A stretch of 64,000 nucleotides of DNA from a virus, in the IMG/VR virus record IMGVR_UViG_3300036851_000176, positions 82,626-146,625 of that record; one strand, 5' to 3'. Made by a program: the position numbers and the translations under genes. A model generated the notes under the pieces. It was not told the origin of the DNA and made no database searches. It worked only from the letters and a program-made list of their open reading frames with translations. This document shows, piece after piece, positions 19,339-25,043 of the stretch (its first letter is position 1; every line of letters begins with the position of its first letter).

Positions 19339-19658
19339 TGGAGCCGCCGGGTATCGAACCCGGGTCCGTCTCGTCCGTACAAACAGATCTTCTAGCAGCT
19401 TCGGGGTGGTATACGCCACCTCCACCAGGGCAGACCTTTGGTCTCCGCGTCACCGTTGAATGGGGTCGGTGTCCCGTCCTACTGGTACATCATCCCGGAC
19501 TTCTGTTCCTACCGGCCGGGGCGGCGCTCGTGGCCGTTAAGCCGCGAGAGGAAGCACGTATGCTTCGTCGTTTCGTTTGCCCTCCGGGCCGGTGCGGTAG
19601 GCCGCAACCCGCTGCGATCTCCTTGCCGTTTTCGAGGCGTCGAATCCAATTCGGCCCC
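19339..19658 (-). ncRNA. ssrA: tmRNA
   Basis: 5' GGGGCCGAATTGGATTCGAC; 3' CCGGG-TTCGATA-CCCGG-CGGCTCCA with G3:U70; internal tag reading ...NDEAYVLPLAA-stop (TAA at 19537-19539). Confidence 0.92.
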
Positions 19659-19665
19659 ACACGGG

Positions 19666-19693
19666 ACTATACACATTCCGGGCGTTTTGTCAA
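19666..19693 (-). promoter_or_regulatory. Promoter of the tmRNA
   Basis: TTGACA-16 nt-TATAGT, 7 nt upstream of the tmRNA 5' end. Confidence 0.8.
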
Positions 19694-19947
19694 CCCACCT
19701 CGCGCCATATCCCTCGTTCGAGGTACCCGTGCCAGCCATCCTTGTTATCGGCCAACTTCTCCAGGATCGATGGAGAGACGGTCACGGTGCCGTCCTGGTG
19801 CTCGGTCACGTCCCATTCTTCGAGACGTGCGGGGCCAGATCCGTTCGGGAGGCAAACCCACAGGAATCTCGATGGGCCTCGGAAACAGTAGTCGCCCGCT
19901 TCGAGTTCCCACGGCAGCGTGTTATCTGGGCGTCGTCGTCCTTTCAT
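19690..19947 (-). CDS. Hypothetical protein (DUF6527-like)
   Basis: TVTVSPSI...WHGYLERGIW motif. Confidence 0.6.
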   Translation of the reverse strand: MKGRRRPDNTLPWELEAGDYCFRGPSRFLWVCLPNGSGPARLEEWDVTEHQDGTVTVSPSILEKLADNKDGWHGYLERGIWREVG

Positions 19948-20149
19948 GTGTTTACCGCAGACGACCCGCGCAAGGCGGGTCGTCGCGAGACTCAGGATCA
20001 CCTCCCCGTTAGAAGGGCCACTCTTCCTGTACGGCCACCGCTACGGGGAGGCCGTTGAGTCTTGCCACGTAGACCACCTCCTTCCTCCAACAAGGTGAGT
20101 CTACCGCAAAGTTTTTGGGCACAAAACATTGCAGTGGTACGCTAAAGGG

Positions 20150-20287
20150 ATGCCAATCGACCCCGAAACTGGACGCTACTGGACGCCGCGCTATCGATCG
20201 AAGTTTGAGGCGGTTCGAACCGTTGCCTCGTGCGTGTCTGCGGTTGGAACGATCTTCGTTCTGCTCAGAGTTTTCGGCAAGATCTAA
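20150..20287 (+). CDS. Small membrane peptide (45 aa), leaderless
   Basis: TACGCT-6 nt-ATG; MPIDPETGRYWTPRYRSKFEAVRTVASCVSAVGTIFVLLRVFGKI. Confidence 0.5.
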   Translation: MPIDPETGRYWTPRYRSKFEAVRTVASCVSAVGTIFVLLRVFGKI

Positions 20288-20288
20288 G

Positions 20289-20373
20289 CGGCGGGTGAGG
20301 GGATCGAACCCCCACAGGTGTTACCCCATCACCGGGTTCAAGCCGGATAAGCACGCCAGCCATGCGACCCGCC
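20289..20373 (-). tRNA. tRNA-Ser(TGA)
   Basis: CCGG-CTTGAAC-CCGG; long variable arm; G73. Confidence 0.85.
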
Positions 20374-20445
20374 GAGTGGACGATGTAACGCATTTTGCGT
20401 CACTCTGTCCATTCAAACCATTCCGCAATCGGAACAATTATGAAA

Positions 20446-20526
20446 TGCGCACCCCGGGATTCGAACCCGGACGCCTCGCGGCACCAGCCTCTCAGACTGG
20501 CGTGTCTACCGTTCCACCAGGCGCGC
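20446..20526 (-). tRNA. tRNA-Leu(GAG)
   Basis: CCAGT-CTGAGAG-GCTGG; long variable arm. Confidence 0.92.
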
Positions 20527-20562
20527 AAGTGTCAAGTTTTATGGCAAGAAAACTTGACAAAG

Positions 20563-20646
20563 CGGAAGGCCGAGGTCACGATCCCCACGCCTTTCGGCGC
20601 GATCCGGCTAGCAACCGGTCCCCGGGCCATCCCAGGTTGACCTTCC
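20563..20646 (-). tRNA. tRNA-Ser(GCT)
   Basis: CCGG-TTGCTAG-CCGG; long variable arm; atypical T-loop ATCGTGA. Confidence 0.83.
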
Positions 20647-20650
20647 GTAG

Positions 20651-20724
20651 TCCCCACGCCAGGATTCGAACCTGGATCCCTCCGGTTTGAGCGGAGTGCG
20701 TCTGCCGGATTGCGCCACGCGGGG
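20651..20724 (-). tRNA. tRNA-Leu(CAA), short variable loop
   Basis: CTCCG-CTCAAAC-CGGAG. Confidence 0.9.
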
Positions 20725-20734
20725 CTATGTCGAG

Positions 20735-20821
20735 TACGGGAGGCGGGAGTCGAACCCGCACGTCCTTTCGGACACCGATTTCTGAGACCGGCGCGTCTAC
20801 CGAGATTCCAGCCACTCCCGT
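20735..20821 (-). tRNA. tRNA-Leu(CAG)
   Basis: CCGGT-CTCAGAA-ATCGG; long variable arm. Confidence 0.92.
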
Positions 20822-20829
20822 ATGTCGAG

Positions 20830-20902
20830 AGCCGATGGCAGGAATCGAACCTGCGTGGACGGGGTTGCAATCCGTCGCCTGGGACCACTCGGCCACATCG
20901 GC
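20830..20902 (-). tRNA. tRNA-Cys(GCA)
   Basis: ACGG-ATTGCAACC-CCGT; U73. Confidence 0.92.
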
Positions 20903-20903
20903 T

Positions 20904-20977
20904 TGGTGGGCGCCCTAGGATTTGCACCTAGTCCTGCGGGGTTACGGCCCGGAATGCTCTAACTACACCAGACGCCC
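20904..20977 (-). tRNA. tRNA-Tyr(GTA), short variable loop
   Basis: CGGG-CCGTAAC-CCCG; ends ACCA; T-loop TGCAAAT. Confidence 0.83.
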
Positions 20978-20984
20978 AAGTAGG

Positions 20985-21041
20985 TCAGTCCGCCGAGGCG
21001 GACTGGCTAAGACTTAGGCAATACAACTGGTGCGCGAACAT
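20985..21041 (-). CDS. Putative leader peptide of the Tyr-Cys-Leu-Ser tRNA operon (MFAHQLYCLSLSQSASAD)
   Basis: Starts 10 nt after the -10 box; LYCLSLS run; hairpin at 20986-21005 overlaps the stop codon. Confidence 0.8.
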   Translation of the reverse strand: MFAHQLYCLSLSQSASAD

Positions 21042-21051
21042 AACGTGCCGG

Positions 21052-21080
21052 AGTATAGACGAAGATTGCTGATTTCGCAA
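21052..21080 (-). promoter_or_regulatory. Sigma70-type promoter of tRNA operon C
   Basis: TTGCGA-17 nt-TATACT. Confidence 0.8.
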
Positions 21081-21303
21081 GTATCTTCTCTACTTGAGCA
21101 ATCAGAGGTACTCGACGTGAAGAGTTCCGCCGAAGGGGAGGGTGCCATCGAAGAGGAACATTCCAAGTTCGTCACCTTGGTAGGCCAGAATCGAGGGTAT
21201 TTTCCTCGCGATCTTCTTGCTCCAGCGCCCACGCCGAGATGATCTTTCCAAGAGGAGGATCCGGAAAGAGGGGACGACCCAGTTCGTCTCGATCGTCGGG
21301 CAC

Positions 21304-21564
21304 TTACTTCGCCTGGAACATCGGCTTCAGCCGAGGTCGCGTCTCTGGCTTAGGGTCTCCCTCGTCCTCTGGGTAATCCACCGGCTGGCCCGAGATGCTG
21401 ATGTCTCCTGTCCCGTTTTCTACAATCCTGTTCACGTTGTATCGGACGCGAAAGTCGTTCGAGTAGACATCGTTGTCGATTTCTAGGGTCTCTCCTTCTC
21501 CCGGAAGCAGCACATACCCAACCGCGAAGACAAAGCAGTTATCCGTGTGGTTCGTGAGGATCAT
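21304..21564 (-). CDS. Hypothetical protein
   Basis: 86 aa ORF directly after the preceding gene. Confidence 0.55.
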   Translation of the reverse strand: MILTNHTDNCFVFAVGYVLLPGEGETLEIDNDVYSNDFRVRYNVNRIVENGTGDISISGQPVDYPEDEGDPKPETRPRLKPMFQAK

Positions 21565-21567
21565 GAC

Positions 21568-21954
21568 TCAGGCCGGGTAAGGAACGATGTTGTACAGGAC
21601 CACCAGAATCCCGCTGGCTACCGATCCTCCCGTCACATGAGCACTGATCTTTCCATCCTCGCTGGCAATGGATTTGATCCCGGATCCGAGTTCCGCCAAA
21701 ACCGCGTAAGACGTGGCCGGAATGGAAGAGCCGGATGTGATCGAGTTGTCGGCTCCGATCCCTACACCCAACGATCCAGATCCAGAGAACGCTTTCAGGA
21801 CGACTACGGTGCTGACGATTGCCCAGCCCTTCGGAATCAGATCTCCGAATTCGTAGGTTCCGGCAGAAAGACCGGGGCGAGCATCGAAGGTGGCGACCTT
21901 TGAGGTTTGTCCACCCTTCATCAGGGCGTAAATCTCTGAAAGGGGAGCAGTCAT
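21568..21954 (-). CDS. Hypothetical beta-rich protein
   Basis: Start moved to MTAPLSE because the track start lies inside tRNA-Thr. Confidence 0.6.
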   Translation of the reverse strand: MTAPLSEIYALMKGGQTSKVATFDARPGLSAGTYEFGDLIPKGWAIVSTVVVLKAFSGSGSLGVGIGADNSITSGSSIPATSYAVLAELGSGIKSIASEDGKISAHVTGGSVASGILVVLYNIVPYPA

Positions 21955-21981
21955 GGTGCGAGTGTACCATGCAAAATCAGG

Positions 21982-22054
21982 AGCCGGGGAGAGGAGTCGA
22001 ACCCCCACCGCAACCGTACAAAGGGTGCATGCTAGCCATTAACACCACCCCGGC
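21982..22054 (-). tRNA. tRNA-Thr(TGT)
   Basis: Anticodon loop TTTGTAC; canonical T arm. Confidence 0.88.
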
Positions 22055-22110
22055 TCGATCGTTCACTGGTGCAAGAAACTACGTTATGACTTAGTTTTCC
22101 GCACCAGTAG

Positions 22111-22183
22111 AGGCCCTAGGAGGATTCGAACCCCCGACTCACGCGGTAGAAACGCGCAGCTCTGTCCCCTGAGCTACAGGGCC
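22111..22183 (-). tRNA. tRNA-Arg(TCT)
   Basis: GCGCG-TTTCTAC-CGCGT; A20. Confidence 0.9.
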
Positions 22184-22213
22184 TTGGTAGTCATTACACG
22201 TACGATGTATCTG

Positions 22214-22304
22214 TCAGGCGCTAGTCTCCCTTGACCACTCCTGCCTCTCGTCCGCTGGTACCCGCTCGCGAGCGCACGCCGGAATCGAACCGGCCGTCTC
22301 CTGA
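22214..22304 (-). ncRNA. Circularly permuted tRNA-like RNA (YrlA/Y RNA-like)
   Basis: Order: closing stem TCAGG, T-arm GCCGG-TTCGATT-CCGGC, looped acceptor-like stem GTGCGCT/AGCGGAC, D-like GAGTGGTCAA, closing CCTGA. Confidence 0.6.
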
Positions 22305-22306
22305 AG

Positions 22307-22378
22307 TGGATCCCCGAGGACTCGAACCCCGATCTCATGGCTTAAAAGGCCAGACTCTGCCTGTTGAGTTAGAGATCC
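22307..22378 (-). tRNA. tRNA-Lys(TTT)
   Basis: TGGC-CTTTTAA-GCCA. Confidence 0.9.
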
Positions 22379-22420
22379 ATGTGCCGCAATTGGAAGGGGA
22401 TGCGGCCAACCGTCTTCGAG

Positions 22421-22493
22421 TGGACCGGCCGAGATTCGAACTCGGATCGCACGCGGTGCAAGCGCGGCAGGTTCCCATTACGCCCACCAGCCC
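22421..22493 (-). tRNA. tRNA-Ala(TGC)
   Basis: CGCG-CTTGCAC-CGCG; G3:U70. Confidence 0.9.
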
Positions 22494-22504
22494 AGGTGTT
22501 GCTA

Positions 22505-22579
22505 TCGGCCGAGGAGGATTCGAACCTCCGACTGACACGGGTTCGAAGCCCGCCGCTCTGTCCACTGAGCTACCAGCCG
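22505..22579 (-). tRNA. tRNA-Arg(TCG)
   Basis: GCGGG-CTTCGAA-CCCGT; A20. Confidence 0.88.
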
Positions 22580-22587
22580 TTATGTAG

Positions 22588-22660
22588 TGCGGCGAGCAAG
22601 AGTCGAACTTGCGTCCTCCGGGTTCGCAACCCGGCGCTCTGTCCTCTGAGCTATCGTCGC
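22588..22660 (-). tRNA. tRNA-Arg(GCG)
   Basis: CCGGG-TTGCGAA-CCCGG; A20. Confidence 0.88.
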
Positions 22661-22709
22661 GCGTGTCATGCAATACACGTTTTTCATGTACAACGTGACA
22701 GTCTTGCAG

Positions 22710-22782
22710 TGGCGCCCCGAGGACTTGCACCCCGTTCGCGCGGCTTAAGAGGCCGGACTCTGGCTCGTTGAGTTAGAGCGCC
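22710..22782 (-). tRNA. tRNA-Lys(CTT)
   Basis: CGGC-CTCTTAA-GCCG; T-loop TGCAAGT. Confidence 0.85.
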
Positions 22783-22790
22783 ATATGTAG

Positions 22791-22861
22791 TAGGCATCCA
22801 GAGACTTGAACTCCGATCTCCTGGGTGTAGGCCAGGTGTCCTCCCATTGGACGAGACGCCT
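22791..22861 (-). tRNA. tRNA-Val(TAC)
   Basis: CCTGG-CCTACAC-CCAGG. Confidence 0.88.
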
Positions 22862-22874
22862 ATGTTGTTTCGAG

Positions 22875-22947
22875 TGGACCGGGGAGCGATCGAATCTCCC
22901 GCCTCTCCTTTATCAGAGGAGCGCTCTGCCGTCTGAGCTACCAGTCC
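22875..22947 (-). tRNA. tRNA-Ile(GAT)
   Basis: CTCCT-CTGATAA-AGGAG. Confidence 0.92.
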
Positions 22948-22968
22948 ATGTTCCGTGCTGGACTGCGG

Positions 22969-23064
22969 CTATGCGACGGTAATGCGCGTCGCGGCCAGCA
23001 CGGTGCGGACGACGGTTCTCGTCGTTCGCTTGAGTTTCCTCTGTGCTGTCCGCGTGAAGTTCAT
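22969..23064 (-). CDS. Putative leader peptide of the Ile-Val-Lys-Arg-Ala-Thr tRNA operon (MNFTRTAQRKLKRTTRTVVRTVLAATRITVA)
   Basis: Leaderless ATG 7 nt after the -10 box; 25 of 30 non-start codons are T/R/A/V/K/I; hairpin at 22953-23003. Confidence 0.85.
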   Translation of the reverse strand: MNFTRTAQRKLKRTTRTVVRTVLAATRITVA

Positions 23065-23071
23065 GATCGTG

Positions 23072-23099
23072 ACCTTAGCAGGTTTCGAGAAAAAGTCAA
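23072..23099 (-). promoter_or_regulatory. Promoter of tRNA operon B
   Basis: TTGACT-16 nt-TAAGGT with TGn extended -10. Confidence 0.75.
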
Positions 23100-23100
23100 G

Positions 23101-23173
23101 AGCCACCGATCGGATTTGAACCGATCCTACAACGTTGGCAACGTTGCGTGCTACCGCTAGACACTACGGTGGC
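23101..23173 (-). tRNA. tRNA-Gly(GCC)
   Basis: CAACG-TTGCCAA-CGTTG; U73. Confidence 0.92.
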
Positions 23174-23176
23174 AAA

Positions 23177-23272
23177 TGGAGAGCCTAGGTCCTCAGTTAT
23201 TCCCCGCCGGGGAGGACTCCACGGCATCACTCCTAAGAGTGGCGGGCCAGATGTCTCCGATGTCAACTCTCC
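23177..23272 (-). ncRNA. Unidentified structured RNA between the two Gly tRNAs
   Basis: Closing stem GGAGAGTT/GGCTCTCC plus A; internal hairpins CACTC-TTAG-GAGTG and GTCCTC/GAGGAC. Confidence 0.45.
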
Positions 23273-23302
23273 TGGGAGACCCACGGTCTTTGGTTTTTCC
23301 AG

Positions 23303-23376
23303 AGCGCCTGCTCGGATTCGAACCGAGACTGCCAGCTTGGAAGGCTGGCGTGCTGACCGTTAAACACTACGGGCGC
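23303..23376 (-). tRNA. tRNA-Gly(TCC)
   Basis: CCAGC-CTTCCAA-GCTGG; U73. Confidence 0.92.
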
Positions 23377-23404
23377 GTGCTTGCCATGGTACCTGAAACG
23401 AGAG

Positions 23405-23476
23405 CGGGTCTACGGAGGATCGAACTCCGATCTGTGCCTCGACAGGGCACCGTCCTAGCCATTGAACGACAGACCC
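23405..23476 (-). tRNA. tRNA-Asp(GTC)
   Basis: GTGCC-CTGTCGA-GGCAC; G73. Confidence 0.92.
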
Positions 23477-23569
23477 AAGGATGAGGAGTGAGCGGTGCAA
23501 ATCGACCACCCTCATCAGCAACTCCTGTCCGGATGCATCCCCGGCTCAGGTCAGCAGCGTCCTACTGAG

Positions 23570-23643
23570 TGTCCCGACCGGGATTCGAACCCGGGTCGCC
23601 GCCGTGAGAGGGCGGTATCCTAGACCAACTAGACGATCAGGAC
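23570..23643 (-). tRNA. tRNA-Glu(CTC)
   Basis: CCGCC-CTCTCAC-GGCGG. Confidence 0.92.
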
Positions 23644-23695
23644 GTATCGGGGTTCTTCATCTCCGGGCCTGAACCCGAAGCGAGTGCTACCCCAG

Positions 23696-23769
23696 TGCCA
23701 CCGGCGGGATTCGAACCCGCATCGCCGAGCTTGAAAGGCTCGCATCCTAAGCCATTAGACGACGTTGGC
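23696..23769 (-). tRNA. tRNA-Glu(TTC)
   Basis: CGAGC-CTTTCAA-GCTCG. Confidence 0.92.
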
Positions 23770-24057
23770 AAGTCCCCTTGCGGGGAGCGCCCAGTCCGCT
23801 TGCCCTCTACCGGGGGCCGACCGGGCAATGATTGAGGCACCTGCGGGCCGTGCCTCCCTGCGCCCTCCGGAGAATCCATGAGGCTGCGAGCGGTGGAGAG
23901 TCGATCGCGCCTGGGATGTCAATTCGGGAGGGTCATGACTCCCTCCCGACCTGGCCGTCGCCAGGATTTCAGTGTTGCTCCGTCGAGCACCCCTCGGCCC
24001 GGACAACCGCCGGGACGGAAACGCGAGAGGCCACTGTCTCCGGGTTTCCCCTTCGAG

Positions 24058-24130
24058 TAGCGGGTACGGGAGTCGAACCCGCTGTCTTCGGCTTATGAGG
24101 CCGCTGTGGAAGCCGTTTCACTCCCCCGCT
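24058..24130 (-). tRNA. tRNA-Met(CAT), elongator type (Ile2 not excluded)
   Basis: CGGC-CTCATAA-GCCG; paired 1-72. Confidence 0.83.
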
Positions 24131-24136
24131 CGTCGG

Positions 24137-24164
24137 AGTATACATGCCGGAGATGGCATGTCAA
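24137..24164 (-). promoter_or_regulatory. Promoter of tRNA operon A (Met-Glu-Glu-Asp-Gly-Gly)
   Basis: TTGACA-16 nt-TATACT, 6 nt upstream of tRNA-Met; no leader ORF. Confidence 0.85.
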
Positions 24165-24168
24165 GGGC

Positions 24169-24537
24169 TTACTTGCAGTTCTGTGGATCGACCGCCTGGA
24201 CGTTCTCCGGCTTCACGACTCCGTTGGGGATCTGAAACAGGAAGTCTCCACAGGCCGACTGACTTCCGTCTGCGTTCGACACGACGGCCAGGCACTCGAA
24301 GCGAATGGAGTTCTTGGGATCCTGAGCACACTTCACGATGCGCGCGATCTGGATTCCTTCGGCTGCCTCGGCCTTGTTGAAGTCTCGCTTCAGCGCGATC
24401 CCGGCTTTCTGCGTCACCGTCAGGGGTTTCGGCTTGGGCTTCGAGTCACCGCCCGTCGTCAAGACGATCGCGGCAACAACGGCAGCTACTACGACCACGG
24501 CGAGTACGGCGTAACTGACGATCTGGTTGCGCTTCAT
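24169..24537 (-). CDS. Membrane-anchored / exported protein
   Basis: N-terminal TM helix; four Cys. Confidence 0.7.
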   Translation of the reverse strand: MKRNQIVSYAVLAVVVVAAVVAAIVLTTGGDSKPKPKPLTVTQKAGIALKRDFNKAEAAEGIQIARIVKCAQDPKNSIRFECLAVVSNADGSQSACGDFLFQIPNGVVKPENVQAVDPQNCK

Positions 24538-25043
24538 GGCTTTCCTTTCTCTTGAGGGATAGGTGGCGGCAATGCGTAAAAGACGAACTTACCGGGCTTG
24601 TTCGACCGTCCCGATCTATGAACCGCTACCGGAGCGGCTCCTTGTTGCCGACTCTGCGTGGTTGCTTCGACACACTGCTTATGCAAGTCACGGTCGTACG
24701 GCAATTTGTACCCTCGCGGCTCGTCCGGGATCGACGAATACCCAAACGGACTTGCGTAATGCTTCTGCGGAATGAGCCAGAGATAGATCGCTCCGGTGCT
24801 GGGATCGGATTGGTCCTGTGGTTCGACGACATGACAACCCGCGAAAATGCTCTTCCTTGGCGGCTCGTTCGGAGTCGGCCATCCCGTGCCAGTGACTCTA
24901 TAGTGGATCACAGTGAAATTGAGGCCGACGACGACCAGGATGGCGGCAAGTTTCAGCCCCCAGTACCCCCATCCCTTTGCACAAATCGCCCAGAGCAGAA
25001 TCGCGTCTAGGATCGTCAGGGAGAGAAAGAGGCTAGAGATCAC
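24534..25043 (-). CDS. Two-TM membrane protein (third gene of the MotA-like cassette)
   Basis: Two N-terminal TM segments, then GWPT, IYLW and EPRGYKLPYDRDLH. Confidence 0.7.
   Translation of the reverse strand: MISSLFLSLTILDAILLWAICAKGWGYWGLKLAAILVVVGLNFTVIHYRVTGTGWPTPNEPPRKSIFAGCHVVEPQDQSDPSTGAIYLWLIPQKHYASPFGYSSIPDEPRGYKLPYDRDLHKQCVEATTQSRQQGAAPVAVHRSGRSNKPGKFVFYALPPPIPQEKGKP

Noticed and set aside
23480-23560. Hammerhead ribozyme (CTGATGAG on the minus strand)
   Set aside because: No GAAA core after a stem II; GATGAGG simply pairs with CCTCATC.
23637-23879. ORF MDSPEGAG... as the leader peptide for the Glu/Asp/Gly tRNAs
   Set aside because: Only weakly enriched in D/E/G, runs through tRNA-Glu, and the nearby TTGACA has no plausible -10 box.
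18159-24235. ORF-track proteins overlapping tRNA and tmRNA genes
   Set aside because: They coincide with clear RNA genes and have no protein-like features.
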